From positions 11,844 through 75,843 of the forward strand of contig JAKAVT010000003.1 in assembly GCA_021817165.1 (NCBI GenBank): a stretch of DNA of 64,000 nucleotides. Reading direction: 5' to 3'. The position numbers and the translations under genes are program-made. The stretch is from Nanobdellota archaeon (lineage in GTDB: Archaea; Nanobdellota; Nanobdellia; Parvarchaeales; Parvarchaeaceae). The number at the start of each line of letters is the position of its first letter. Position 1 is the stretch's first letter. Below the pieces are notes generated by a model, which saw only the letters and a program-made list of their open reading frames with translations, did not search any database and had not been told where the DNA came from. Of this stretch, positions 35,589 to 45,935 are shown piece after piece.

Positions 35589-37319
35589 CTAATTTTTAAT
35601 GCTTATGTTTTTCTGCTGGCCATACATTTCTATTACGTCTTTCACAGTATTTGCATCTTCAGCCTTCTTGTCAGTACGTATAAAGGACACTGCTCTTGGG
35701 AATCTGAGCGCATAACCTATGCCGTCTTTCATTCCAGCAGTGTGAGTTGGACTTCTTGTAATTTCGTCTGCTTTTACTGCTATTACGTATTTGGGAACGA
35801 CCCAGACATCGGGCTGCATTATGCTGTCTACTCTGGCAGGTTTGCCATCCGTTTTTATTTCATTTAGTATTTTGAAAAGCTGCTTGAATTGCTCCTCTGA
35901 AAAACCGGAACCTACTTTTGTTATGCTTTTGAATTTGTCTTCCTTTGAATCGTATACTCCTGCCAATACTGCGCCCAATCCAAAGCCGGCCCTTTGCCCT
36001 CTGCCTTTGAAATAACCCAAAATAACTAAGTCTATAGTGTCGTTCAATTTAGATTTGTATGATCTTTTCATTTTTATCCAATTGAAATTTCTAGCTCCGG
36101 CGGAGTATGGAGAATCAAGACGCTTGGCAACTATTCCTTCTAGACCTTCTTCTATAGTGCTATCAAAGAACCTATCAATCTCTTTTTCATCGTCCGTTAT
36201 TATCATTTTTGTCTTAGAGATGGTCTTGGTGTTAGAAAACAGCTTGTCTAGTAGTTCCCTTCTTTTTATATAAGGCTCGTTTATCATGCTTTTTTTATTG
36301 AAAAGGATTACATCAAAAACGAAAAGTCTCAACGGCAATTCCTGGGAGATCTTTTCTACGTTGTGTTTTCTCTTTCTTTGTATTGTTATTTGAAATGGAT
36401 ACAGAACATTTGTATTTTCGTCATACGTTAAAGCTTCTCCGTCTATTATTAAATCTTGACAGTCTATTTTTTTAACTTCATTTACTATCTCCGGCATAAA
36501 ATGGGTTATATCTTCAAGGTTCCTGGAAAAAACGCGCACTTCGCTGCCCTTTTTGTGCACCTGCGCTCTGAACCCGTCAAGCTTCTGGTCTATCGCACAT
36601 TTGCCCAATCTCTCTAAAATTTCCTTTGAAGAGCCGAGCCTCTCTGCCAAAGCAGGTCGTATAGGCTTCATTACATTTATCTCAAATTTGTTTATCCCTT
36701 CCTCTCCCTTGGAATAAAGGACTTCTGCCACATAACCTAAATCGGAACAAAGATTAAACGCTCTCTCTATGTTGGATTTAAACTTTCTATTTCCTGTTTT
36801 TGCCTTAGATAAAGCCTCCATTATCGTTGCTTCTCCTACGCCCAAACGTAATTTTCCCATGACGAAACGTATTATAAACTTCGCTTCTATTGGCGAAACA
36901 CCTAATATCAGGTCCGACAATCCTTTTATCTTTTCATCTATGCTTCCTTCTCCAGAAGTCTTTGCTATCTTTAAAAGCTTACCGTAGACCTCTGTAATGT
37001 CCGTTTTTGAGGTTTGGGAACTGTTGGATTCTTTTTCCGCTATTTCTCCCAAATCCCCTAATCTTTTATATTCTTCAAATATCTTTGAAACGGATTTATT
37101 ATATGCAAGGGCTATGGACTTTTCTACCATCTTATCAGCTATCCCTAATTGTACGTTGTAGAACGGCGGCAATATCTGCTCCTGTATAAAATTTACTGTA
37201 TAGTTTATTTCCTCAGTTTTTGTCCTGGAGAATACTTTTGAAAGGATATCTATCATCTCAAGCCTTTTTGAGGTTTTTTCCAATTCAAGCAGATAATTGC
37301 AAAGCTCCTCAAACCTCAT
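35589..37319 (-). CDS. lig: ATP-dependent DNA ligase
   Basis: KLDGFRAQVH adenylation motif, EGIVAKR and LVILGYFKGRG motifs. 576 aa. Confidence 0.95.
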   Translation of the reverse strand: MRFEELCNYLLELEKTSKRLEMIDILSKVFSRTKTEEINYTVNFIQEQILPPFYNVQLGIADKMVEKSIALAYNKSVSKIFEEYKRLGDLGEIAEKESNSSQTSKTDITEVYGKLLKIAKTSGEGSIDEKIKGLSDLILGVSPIEAKFIIRFVMGKLRLGVGEATIMEALSKAKTGNRKFKSNIERAFNLCSDLGYVAEVLYSKGEEGINKFEINVMKPIRPALAERLGSSKEILERLGKCAIDQKLDGFRAQVHKKGSEVRVFSRNLEDITHFMPEIVNEVKKIDCQDLIIDGEALTYDENTNVLYPFQITIQRKRKHNVEKISQELPLRLFVFDVILFNKKSMINEPYIKRRELLDKLFSNTKTISKTKMIITDDEKEIDRFFDSTIEEGLEGIVAKRLDSPYSAGARNFNWIKMKRSYKSKLNDTIDLVILGYFKGRGQRAGFGLGAVLAGVYDSKEDKFKSITKVGSGFSEEQFKQLFKILNEIKTDGKPARVDSIMQPDVWVVPKYVIAVKADEITRSPTHTAGMKDGIGYALRFPRAVSFIRTDKKAEDANTVKDVIEMYGQQKNISIKN

Positions 37320-37328
37320 ACATAATAA

Positions 37329-37336
37329 TTTAAATT
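37329..37336 (+). promoter_or_regulatory. TATA box for the sdh operon
   Basis: TTTAAATT, then 20 nt, then ATG 37357. Confidence 0.45.
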
Positions 37337-37356
37337 ATGCTTACTTAAATCTATTC

Positions 37357-39081
37357 ATGCCCAGCCAAAACTACAAGGCCATAGATACAGATATACTAAT
37401 AATCGGGGCCGGCGGTTCAGGATTAAGAGCTGCCGTTGAAGCCATTAATGCAGGAGTAAGCATTACAATTGTATCAAAATCCCTTCTGGGTAAAGCGCAT
37501 ACGGTTATGGCGGAAGGAGGAATAGCCGCTTCTCTTGGCGATGTAGACCCGGAAGACAATTGGAAGGTACATTTTAAAGACACTATGGTAGAGGGGGTAT
37601 ACTTATCGGACTGGAGACTAGTCGAAAAACTGGCAAAAGAGGCTCCGGATAGGGTGTATGAACTTGAAAGGATGGGTGCGCTTTTTGACAGGACTCCTGA
37701 GAAAAAGATAATGCAGAGGGCGTTTGGGGCACATACGTACAGAAGACTATGCCATGTAGGGGATAAAACTGGATTAGAGCTTTTAAGGACATTGGAAGAC
37801 AAGATCCTGCACAGCAATAATGTTAGTGTTATGGACGAAGTTTTTGTGACTAAACTGGTAAAAAACAAGAACAAAGTTATAGGTGCAATCTGTTTGGATA
37901 TGAAAAAAGGCGAGTTCATTGCAATAAATTCAAAAGCAACTATTATAGCGGGAGGCGGCTGTGGGAGGATTTATGAGGTTACTTCAAATTCGTGGGAAAG
38001 CACTGGAGACGGGATAGCATTGGCTTTTGATGTGGGTGCAGAAATGATGGATATGGAGATGATGCAGTTTCATCCAACCGGGATGGTATGGCCACCTGGA
38101 GTCAAAGGCCTGCTTGTAACGGAGGGGGTAAGAGGAGAAGGTGGTTTGCTGTACAATACTAAAGGAGAGAGGTTTATGTTAAGATATTCTCCGCAGAAAA
38201 AGGAACTTGACGCTAGAGATGTAGTCGCAAGATCAATATATAATGAAATACAGGAGGGGAGGGGCACTGAACACGGCGGAGTATTACTAGACATTTCTTA
38301 TAAAGGCAAGAATTTCATAATGAAAAAACTTCCTGGTATGTATATGCAATTCAAAGAATTTGCAGGCGTGGATATAACGAAAGAAAAAATGGAAGTTGCG
38401 CCTACAACACATTATTATATGGGGGGCATAAAAGTCGACTCTGAAACCAATTCCACAAACGTCAACGGGCTGTTTGCAGTCGGGGAAGCTGCTGCTGGAG
38501 TACATGGTGCTAATAGATTGGGCGGGAACTCACTGGCAGATTTACTGGTCTTTGGCAGGTATGTGGGAATAAGCGCAGCATTGTACTCAAAAAAAGCGAA
38601 TTTGGAAAAGATACCGGAAGAGGTAGCAAAGGATGAAATAAAAAGGATTAATGAATTTCTAAACCCCAATGGTACAAACCCATATTCGCTTACGGAAAAA
38701 CTCAGGAAAGCCATGTCTGAAAACGTGGGGATAGTAAGAAATGAACAGGCTATGCAGAAGGCCCTATCAGTTATAGTGGATCTAAAAAAAGAATACAAAA
38801 ATGTAGGCGTTGGCGGAAGTTTGAATTACAATCCTGGTTTGCTTCAGTGTCTAGAGCTGTATAATATGTTAGAAGTATCTGAATTACTGGTCAGGGGAGC
38901 AATAATGAGAAAAGAAAGCAGAGGTGCACATTATAGAAGCGACTACCCTAAAAAAGACAGAAAATGGCTGAAAAACATAATATTCAAAAAAGCGGAGAAT
39001 AAATTAGAGAATTATACCTATTCGCCACCGGAGATGCCCCCTCGCCTTAAAGAGATCTTGCCAGAGGAAACATATGAATAA
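37357..39081 (+). CDS. sdhA: succinate dehydrogenase/fumarate reductase flavoprotein subunit
   Basis: IIGAGGSGLRAA FAD loop, FHPTG and ESRGAHYRSDYP. ATG 37357 preferred to TTG 37297, which would overlap the ligase start. Confidence 0.95.
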   Translation: MPSQNYKAIDTDILIIGAGGSGLRAAVEAINAGVSITIVSKSLLGKAHTVMAEGGIAASLGDVDPEDNWKVHFKDTMVEGVYLSDWRLVEKLAKEAPDRVYELERMGALFDRTPEKKIMQRAFGAHTYRRLCHVGDKTGLELLRTLEDKILHSNNVSVMDEVFVTKLVKNKNKVIGAICLDMKKGEFIAINSKATIIAGGGCGRIYEVTSNSWESTGDGIALAFDVGAEMMDMEMMQFHPTGMVWPPGVKGLLVTEGVRGEGGLLYNTKGERFMLRYSPQKKELDARDVVARSIYNEIQEGRGTEHGGVLLDISYKGKNFIMKKLPGMYMQFKEFAGVDITKEKMEVAPTTHYYMGGIKVDSETNSTNVNGLFAVGEAAAGVHGANRLGGNSLADLLVFGRYVGISAALYSKKANLEKIPEEVAKDEIKRINEFLNPNGTNPYSLTEKLRKAMSENVGIVRNEQAMQKALSVIVDLKKEYKNVGVGGSLNYNPGLLQCLELYNMLEVSELLVRGAIMRKESRGAHYRSDYPKKDRKWLKNIIFKKAENKLENYTYSPPEMPPRLKEILPEETYE

Positions 39082-39820
39082 AGAAATTAAAATAAACGTG
39101 TATCGGTTTGATCCAAACAAGGATAAAGAAGGGATTTTCCAGGAATTCACTGTTCCTGTGGAAGAAGGGATGGTGGTCCTCGATGCTGTGCATTATATAG
39201 AAAACAACATAGATCCTACTCTAGGAGCGAGATGGAATTGCAAGGCAGCAAGGTGTGGTTCGTGTGCCGCAGAAATAAATGGAAGGCCCAGTTTAATGTG
39301 CAAAACAAGAGTGGATTCGTTGGGGGATAAAATACATGTAGCACCTATGAAAGCATTCCCAATTGTAAAGGATTTAGTAACCGACGTTTCAAAAAACTGG
39401 GACATAGCTAGAAAACTACCTGAGTTTACACCCAAAAACGGATTAAAGGAGCCTTGGAAAATAGATGAGATAGACATAACAAGATCAAGGGAGTTTAGGA
39501 ACTGCATAGAATGTTTTCTTTGCCAAGATGTCTGTCATGTCATAAGGGAGCACGATAAAAACTACATAGGACCGCGGTTTATGGTGAAAGCCGCGTCTCT
39601 TGACACGCACCCCTTGGATTCAATAAACAGATCAAAGTTCCTACATGAAGAGGGAGGTGCCGGCTATTGCAATATAACCAAATGCTGCCAATCGGTGTGC
39701 CCCGAGCATATAGCTATTACAGACAATGCAATAATCCCAGAAAAAGAGAGCATAGTTGACAGTTACTATGATCCTGTCACCATGCTGTTTAATAAAATAA
39801 GGAGAAAGCATGGACAGTAA
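39074..39820 (+). CDS. sdhB: succinate dehydrogenase iron-sulfur subunit
   Basis: CKAARCGSCA (2Fe-2S), CIECFLCQDVCH and CCQSVCP cluster motifs. Confidence 0.9.
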   Translation: MNKEIKINVYRFDPNKDKEGIFQEFTVPVEEGMVVLDAVHYIENNIDPTLGARWNCKAARCGSCAAEINGRPSLMCKTRVDSLGDKIHVAPMKAFPIVKDLVTDVSKNWDIARKLPEFTPKNGLKEPWKIDEIDITRSREFRNCIECFLCQDVCHVIREHDKNYIGPRFMVKAASLDTHPLDSINRSKFLHEEGGAGYCNITKCCQSVCPEHIAITDNAIIPEKESIVDSYYDPVTMLFNKIRRKHGQ

Positions 39821-40532
39821 CGCAAATATCCTGGCGAATTTGAGAAAAGCGATACCTGAATTATTTGAGCCGAATTGGAGACTATGGTCTTTTATAGTGA
39901 TATTGACGTTCGCCATAGTTTCTCTTTTTGTATTCCCAGTAAAAGAGTATAAAGGTCTGATAGACCCATTTTACTCGCCAACCATATTAGTGGTTCCGAT
40001 TGCAGGTCTTTTCAGATTAACATGTTATGCCTATCGTAAGGATTATTATAGACACATATTTAATCATCCGCAAAGCTGCGCCGCAGACGAAAGAATGGAC
40101 AATGCAACGAGAGGATATTCTGGCGAGACAACGCTATTTGCATTTAATAACCTCCATAGATATTTGTTATATGCGGGGATAGCGCTTCTTCCGTTTTTCT
40201 ACTACGATTTCTACGTTTCGGTGACTTATTTTGGCGGGTTTGTATTGAGGTTTGCAAGCGTCTTGATTCTTTTAAATGCGCTATTGCTTACATTATGGGT
40301 TCTGTCATGCCATGCATTTAGGCACTTGTTTGCAGGCGGTAACGTAAAATGCTATGATTGTGCCCTGAAGCCAAAAGCCAGAAAAGGTTTCTTTAATTTT
40401 CAGTCAATGCTTAATAAAAGACATGAACAATGGGCATTTATTAGTCTGGTAGTTATAGTACTGGTTGACTTGTATTTAAGAGCACTGGCTGCAGGATGGC
40501 CAGTAGACTTCAGGATATTTCAGGTGATATAA
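39810..40532 (+). CDS. putative single-subunit SDH membrane anchor (about 5 TM, Cys/His-bearing helices)
   Basis: Overlaps sdhB by 11 nt. Five hydrophobic helices. Motifs FRLTCYAYRKDYYRH, SCHAFRH and KCYDC. Confidence 0.55.
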   Translation: MDSNANILANLRKAIPELFEPNWRLWSFIVILTFAIVSLFVFPVKEYKGLIDPFYSPTILVVPIAGLFRLTCYAYRKDYYRHIFNHPQSCAADERMDNATRGYSGETTLFAFNNLHRYLLYAGIALLPFFYYDFYVSVTYFGGFVLRFASVLILLNALLLTLWVLSCHAFRHLFAGGNVKCYDCALKPKARKGFFNFQSMLNKRHEQWAFISLVVIVLVDLYLRALAAGWPVDFRIFQVI

Positions 40533-40533
40533 C

Positions 40534-40707
40534 ATGCATTTTCCAGACAGATATAAATACCCGTTGTTTGTTATTGGAATGCTCCTTATGATAATTGCTG
40601 CATTCCTTCATAAATACGCCACTTTAACGCTGGAGATAGAAGAAATCTTGATAGTTATAGGCGCTGTGCTTTTCGTTTTCTCCATAGCTTCTTCTGTTTT
40701 AAAATAA
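40534..40707 (+). CDS. 57-aa two-TM protein, possible small SDH anchor subunit
   Basis: Not in the ORF track. ATG 1 nt after the preceding stop. My translation is MHFPDRYKYPLFVIGMLLMIIAAFLHKYATLTLEIEEILIVIGAVLFVFSIASSVLK. Confidence 0.35.
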   Translation: MHFPDRYKYPLFVIGMLLMIIAAFLHKYATLTLEIEEILIVIGAVLFVFSIASSVLK

Positions 40708-40734
40708 CGGATTGATGGTTTATTGTAACAAAAA

Positions 40735-41886
40735 TCAACTTCTTTCGGAAATGTTTTTGTAAACTAAATCTACAGAGCCTTCATACTGTTCTAATGGCCT
40801 GAAAAGCTTGTTATTTCTCCAGTATTCTATTACGTGAGCGCACCAGCCGACAGTCCTGCTAGAAGCAAATACAGTATCGAACAACTCGGGTTTTATGTTC
40901 AAATGCAGGTACAATGGTCCTGAAAAGAAGTCCACATTTGGCCATATACCATGACTTTTCCCTAGCTTGTCTATCATCATTTTTTCTGCTCTTAAAGATA
41001 TTTCTATTAACTTATTTATTTCCCCACCTGAATTTCCTTTTATTTTGTCCAAGTAAGACTTAAGGATTTTGGCTCTAGGATCATAAGTTTTGTATACTCT
41101 GTGACCGAACCCCATTATCTTCTTTTTTCCTGCCAGCGCTTCCTCTATATAATTTTCAGTATTGTCTGGACTCCCTATTTCCTTCATCATCTTAACTGCA
41201 GCTTCATCCGCTCCACCGTGTAACGGTCCCTTCAATGCAGCTACTCCTGCAGTTACTCCAGCATATATGTCTGCTAGGGTAGAACAGGCAACTAATGTCG
41301 CGAAAGTAGACGCGTTTGAACTGTGCTCTGCATGAAGAATGAACATTATATCCATTAACTTTTCTGAGTCTTTATCCGGCTTCTTGTCAGTAAGCATGTA
41401 AAGGAAGTTTGCAGAATGATTTAAGGAATTATCAGGCTCTAATATCCCTTTTCCGTCTTTGATTCTCCCTATAGCAGCTGATATTGTAGCAGTCTTTGCT
41501 ATTATCTTAATTGCTTTCTCAATATTTTCACTTTCATTGTCGCTGTATGGTTTACCATCATCAGCAGACAGAGAAGACATTGCCGTCCTTAGAACATCCA
41601 ATGTCTGTGCTTCCTTAGAAAACTTACGGATTATGTCTTTTGTCTTTTCTGATATTTCTCTTTCTTTTTTCATTTTTTCGGTGAAATCGACAAGCTCCTT
41701 GGAATTTGGCAGTTTTCCGTACAATAAAAGATAGCATACTTCTTCGTAGGAAGAGTAATTTGCCAAATCTTCTATTTTATAACCTCTGTAATAAAGCTTT
41801 CCTTCCTGGCCGTCAACTTTACATATTGATGATTTAGTTATGTAAACTCCTTGTAAACCCTCTTTTATTTCGACGGTTTCTTCCAC
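40735..41886 (-). CDS. gltA: citrate synthase
   Basis: GPLHGGA, GFGHRVYKTYDPRA and VGWCAH motifs. Confidence 0.95.
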   Translation of the reverse strand: MEETVEIKEGLQGVYITKSSICKVDGQEGKLYYRGYKIEDLANYSSYEEVCYLLLYGKLPNSKELVDFTEKMKKEREISEKTKDIIRKFSKEAQTLDVLRTAMSSLSADDGKPYSDNESENIEKAIKIIAKTATISAAIGRIKDGKGILEPDNSLNHSANFLYMLTDKKPDKDSEKLMDIMFILHAEHSSNASTFATLVACSTLADIYAGVTAGVAALKGPLHGGADEAAVKMMKEIGSPDNTENYIEEALAGKKKIMGFGHRVYKTYDPRAKILKSYLDKIKGNSGGEINKLIEISLRAEKMMIDKLGKSHGIWPNVDFFSGPLYLHLNIKPELFDTVFASSRTVGWCAHVIEYWRNNKLFRPLEQYEGSVDLVYKNISERS

Positions 41887-41887
41887 T

Positions 41888-42811
41888 TCATACCTCTAAC
41901 CCTTTTAACAAAGGTTCTATATCTACTAATGAGTTCCCGCTTTCGTCTGCTATCTTCTGTGATACTGGTGAAGGAATTTTTCTTGCCTGCAGCCTGCTTT
42001 CAAACGTGTCTGGATCCTCATTTTGAAAGAAAATACCTGTGTACATATTGTCAGGATCTTCACTGAGCAACATTTTTATCGCATTTAACTTTTTCTCGTT
42101 TACTTCTGCTTTGTTTGAAGGGTCCTTAACATAGCCATTATAATCCTGTGGCAAAGCCTTTAAATGAGTATTAAACCATGGCGCGGATGTAAACTCCGGA
42201 TTATACGTGGGGCAGCCTTGCATTATGTCTACCAATGCCAGTCCCTTGTGCTGTATCGCTTTTACCATTATATCCGCAAGCTCATTAACTTTGAAGCTCT
42301 GCGCTCTTGCAACAAAATTATAGCCTGACATTATAGCGAGCGAAAGAGGATCCAAAGCGCCGTTTATATTCGGAGCAGGAAGGGATTTAGTTTTTCGTCC
42401 TTCCGGCAAAGTTGGGCTGGCCTGGCCTTTTGTTAAAGAGTAAACACCGTTGTCGTGTATGAAAAGTTTGATGTCGGTATTTCTTCTACCGGCGCTTATG
42501 AAATGTCCCACCCCTATACCATAGGTATCACCGTCACCGCTGTCCAATAAAACTGTCAATTCTGGATTTGCTAGTTTGATTCCTTCGGCAAAAGGTATCG
42601 GCCTACCGTGCAAAGTATGAACGCCATTTACGTTTACTAAGTGCGGTAATTTAGAAGAGCAGCCTATTCCAGAGACTATTACTGTCTTATGCGGATCCAA
42701 GCCTGCTTTAACAATTGCATTCTTGACTGCTAGGACAATCCCGCTGTCTCCGCAGCCGGGACACCAGTCATTAAATTCATTGGAAGTCAAACTTTTAACA
42801 TCAGTAGCCAT
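41888..42811 (-). CDS. 2-oxoacid:ferredoxin oxidoreductase beta subunit
   Basis: WCPGCGD and GDGDTYGIG (TPP-binding) motifs. 307 aa. Confidence 0.9.
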   Translation of the reverse strand: MATDVKSLTSNEFNDWCPGCGDSGIVLAVKNAIVKAGLDPHKTVIVSGIGCSSKLPHLVNVNGVHTLHGRPIPFAEGIKLANPELTVLLDSGDGDTYGIGVGHFISAGRRNTDIKLFIHDNGVYSLTKGQASPTLPEGRKTKSLPAPNINGALDPLSLAIMSGYNFVARAQSFKVNELADIMVKAIQHKGLALVDIMQGCPTYNPEFTSAPWFNTHLKALPQDYNGYVKDPSNKAEVNEKKLNAIKMLLSEDPDNMYTGIFFQNEDPDTFESRLQARKIPSPVSQKIADESGNSLVDIEPLLKGLEV

Positions 42812-44651
42812 TTAGTATCACCTTGTTTTCACCTTTTATTACTTTGTCGATTGCGTCTGCAACTTCATCGTATCTTACAAGTCTTCCATTATACTTCAAT
42901 ATCTCATTTGGTATGATAAACCCAGTAACTGAAGCGATGTGTTGTTTCAGCTGTGCGGTTATGTTCTCCTCCAACACCGCTACTTTTTTTGCGTTCTTTA
43001 GGATATCCAGTATTTCATTCGGCAGTGGATGTAGTAACTTTACCTGCAATATCGCTATGTTCTTTCCGCTAGCAGCTTCTTTTAATGCTTCGGAAGGCCC
43101 TCCCCAAGTAACTACCAAAATATCGGCTTTCTTTGGATCGCCTATTAAGACAAATTTATCTTCATTTTTTATTTCTTTTAGGATTTGAGTATATTTTCCA
43201 TTTCTTTTCTCCATCATCTTTATCCTGTTAGTAGGGTCTTCAGAAACGTGTCCCCATTCATCATGTTCGTCACCAGTCAGCCAGAATATTGCATTTGGGT
43301 TGCCAGGCAATATTCTCTCCGAGATATTGTCATCTGTAAATTTGAATCTCTTGTATTCTCCATCGACCTTTTCTGACAGTTTGCCCCGATCTATTCTATA
43401 ATTTTTCTTTATGTCTAGAATGGCACTTTTACTTATGTTCATCGATCCCTGGGAGATGGCTTTCTCGCCAAGAACTATTACTGGCAATTGATATCTTTCA
43501 GCGTAATTAAACGCTTCTGCGGTCATTTTTATGCTGTCCCTCACGTCACCCGGGGCAATTACTATCCTGCCAAAATCTCCATGTCCTTGATGAATTGCAA
43601 ACATTAAATCTCCCTGTTCGGTTCTAGTTGGCTGGCCCGTTGCGGGAGCTCCTCTTTGATGGTCTACCAAAACCACGGGCACTTCGTTCATGCCTGCCCA
43701 AGTAACCGTTTCCGACATTAATGAAAGACCAGGCCCTGAAGTTGAAGTTGCGGCCCTTGCGCCTGCTATCGCTGCGCCGGTGGCCATTGCCAATACTGCC
43801 AATTCGCTTTCCGGTTGAATAACGCGTATGCCTAGCTCTGGATGGGACTCGATAAACACGCTTTCATCACTCGCCGGCGTTATAGGATAATAAATCTGCA
43901 TTTTGCAGCCAGCAATGACCTTTCCTATGGCCGTAGAAGCAAAACCTTCCATGTAAAGCTGCTCTCCTTTGTCTTTATTGTCAAGTTTTGATATTGGGGC
44001 GATTCCTTTGTTCTTTATATGATTCAAAGTTTCTTTAGCGAGAGTCTCATTTTTACTCTTCATATACTCAATAGTTTCTTCTGAAACGGAAATGTCCAAG
44101 TCCACCACGCTCTTTGGCTTCTTTGCAAACTCTGTTTTAATAGCATCTATTATGTAACTGTCATCCAGCCCTAAAAGATAGCAGGAGGCTGTGACGGATA
44201 TTATGTTTTTGGATATTACCAATTCGCTGATCGGTTTACCTAATTTTTTAGCCACGCTCGTTATTATAGCATCAAAATCTATATCAAGAACGTTTATATC
44301 TTTCCTGTTTATTTTGCTCTTATCCAACTTGCTGTCTACAACAATAGTTCCGTTTTCTTTAATGTCCTTTACATGTCCATCTTGTACAACTTCCCCCCTC
44401 TCGTTTACTTCTCCAAGCACTGACTCATTATCGAAAAAAATTGCAATGTCGACTTTGCTTGGTATGGAAGCCACTTCTTTGTCGGAAACTCGCACGGTGA
44501 AAAAACTATGCATACCTTTTATATTTGAAAAGTATTCTCTGTAGCCATAGATATTATACCCATACTTCATCATTACTCTTGAAAAAAGGCTTAGGGATAC
44601 ATCTATGCCACTGCCCTGTTTTCCACCTGTCATCCAGGTTAATTCTACCAT
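42801..44651 (-). CDS. 2-oxoacid:ferredoxin oxidoreductase alpha subunit (fused gamma-alpha type)
   Basis: 616 aa with the YYPITPASD motif. Overlaps the beta gene by 11 nt. Two-subunit OFOR architecture. Confidence 0.9.
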   Translation of the reverse strand: MVELTWMTGGKQGSGIDVSLSLFSRVMMKYGYNIYGYREYFSNIKGMHSFFTVRVSDKEVASIPSKVDIAIFFDNESVLGEVNERGEVVQDGHVKDIKENGTIVVDSKLDKSKINRKDINVLDIDFDAIITSVAKKLGKPISELVISKNIISVTASCYLLGLDDSYIIDAIKTEFAKKPKSVVDLDISVSEETIEYMKSKNETLAKETLNHIKNKGIAPISKLDNKDKGEQLYMEGFASTAIGKVIAGCKMQIYYPITPASDESVFIESHPELGIRVIQPESELAVLAMATGAAIAGARAATSTSGPGLSLMSETVTWAGMNEVPVVLVDHQRGAPATGQPTRTEQGDLMFAIHQGHGDFGRIVIAPGDVRDSIKMTAEAFNYAERYQLPVIVLGEKAISQGSMNISKSAILDIKKNYRIDRGKLSEKVDGEYKRFKFTDDNISERILPGNPNAIFWLTGDEHDEWGHVSEDPTNRIKMMEKRNGKYTQILKEIKNEDKFVLIGDPKKADILVVTWGGPSEALKEAASGKNIAILQVKLLHPLPNEILDILKNAKKVAVLEENITAQLKQHIASVTGFIIPNEILKYNGRLVRYDEVADAIDKVIKGENKVILNGY

Positions 44652-44969
44652 TTAAAGATTCTTCCCAAGCCATTCTTTAAGCTGGCCGGCTTGCATCGCA
44701 CCAACAATACTGGCTTTAACGTTTCCGTTTTCTATTAACAACGTCGTAGGAATAGCTTCAACGCCGTACTTCGCTGCTATTTCTTGATTTTCATCAACAT
44801 TTACCTTTACAAGCTTAAATTTATCCTTCATCTCTTCAGCCGTTTTTTCTATTATTGGAGAATACCATCTACATGGCATACACCAAGGCGCCCATAAATC
44901 CACCAACACAGGGGTGCTTGATTTAAGAACCTCTTTTCCAAATTGTTCTTCGCCATTTATTTCTTCCAT
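44652..44969 (-). CDS. trxA: thioredoxin (CMPC active site)
   Basis: DLWAPWCMPCR motif. 105 aa. Its stop abuts the OFOR alpha start with 0-nt spacing. Confidence 0.9.
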   Translation of the reverse strand: MEEINGEEQFGKEVLKSSTPVLVDLWAPWCMPCRWYSPIIEKTAEEMKDKFKLVKVNVDENQEIAAKYGVEAIPTTLLIENGNVKASIVGAMQAGQLKEWLGKNL

Positions 44970-44990
44970 TTTTAAACCTCCAGTATATCA

Positions 44991-44998
44991 ATTATATA
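44991..44998 (-). promoter_or_regulatory. TATA box for the trx-OFOR-gltA operon
   Basis: Minus strand TATATAAT, then 21 nt, then ATG 44969. Confidence 0.4.
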
Positions 44999-45065
44999 AA
45001 CAATATAACAATTGTTTTTATTTATATTTAATATTTTGCATTTTTAAATATAACACATGCGATAG

Positions 45066-45935
45066 TTACCCTAGTTTTTTGACTATCAAGCTAGAAAGTT
45101 CACCAAATGTCTTTGCAACCGGAACATTTGCTCTCTTAAAAGCCGTTAACTTGCTTTTTGCAGTACCTGTATTGCCGGATATTATTGCGCCCGCGTGTCC
45201 CATTCTTTTACCTGGAGGAGCGTATATCCCATCTATAAATGCAAATACTGGTTTTTTGATGGTTTTTCTTATAAATTCCGCTGCTTTCTCCTCCTCATTT
45301 CCACCTATCTCTCCCACTATTACTATGCCTTTGGTCTGTTTGTCATCTTGAAATAATCTTAAAACGTCAATGAAATCCATGCCGGGAACCTTGTCCCCGC
45401 CAATACCCAAAACAGTACTCTCCCCAAAACCGCTTTCAGTTATAACATTGACTATTTCATAAGTCAAAGTGCCGCTCCTTGATACTACTCCGATAACTCC
45501 TTTTTTCAGAATGCTGTTTGGTATTATACCCAACTTACCTATTCCCGGAGCAGCCAGTCCTGGACAATTCGGACCTATTATTTTTGCGCCTTTTAATCTC
45601 GCATATTCATTTATTTTTAGCATGTCTTGGAATGGCACGTGCTCGGTTATTATCGTAATTAACTTTATGCCGGCGTCTACAGCTTCAATAACAGAATCTT
45701 TAGCCATCGGAGCCGGAACAAAAACTACAGAGGCGTTTGCACCGGTCTTTTTAACAGCACTCAGCACGTCATCAAACACTCTAACACCGTTAACTCTTTC
45801 ACCTTCCTTACCCGGAGTTACGCCTGCAACTACTCTAGTGCCAAAATCCATCATCGCTTTTGAATGAAATCTTCCCTGGTGGCCGGTTATTCCCTGTACC
45901 AACACTTTTGTGCTTTTATCAATTAGAATCGCCAT
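45066..45935 (-). CDS. sucD: succinyl-CoA synthetase alpha subunit
   Basis: QGITGHQG, SRSGTLTYE and GHAGAIISG (phospho-His) motifs. Confidence 0.95.
   Translation of the reverse strand: MAILIDKSTKVLVQGITGHQGRFHSKAMMDFGTRVVAGVTPGKEGERVNGVRVFDDVLSAVKKTGANASVVFVPAPMAKDSVIEAVDAGIKLITIITEHVPFQDMLKINEYARLKGAKIIGPNCPGLAAPGIGKLGIIPNSILKKGVIGVVSRSGTLTYEIVNVITESGFGESTVLGIGGDKVPGMDFIDVLRLFQDDKQTKGIVIVGEIGGNEEEKAAEFIRKTIKKPVFAFIDGIYAPPGKRMGHAGAIISGNTGTAKSKLTAFKRANVPVAKTFGELSSLIVKKLG

Noticed and set aside
37371-37919. 182-aa ORF antisense to sdhA. Similar cases are 38415-38798 (also antisense to sdhA), 45974-46462 (antisense to sucC) and 48426-48920 (antisense to the antiporter genes).
   Set aside because: All lie inside genes with textbook motifs on the other strand. 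I regard them as shadow frames.
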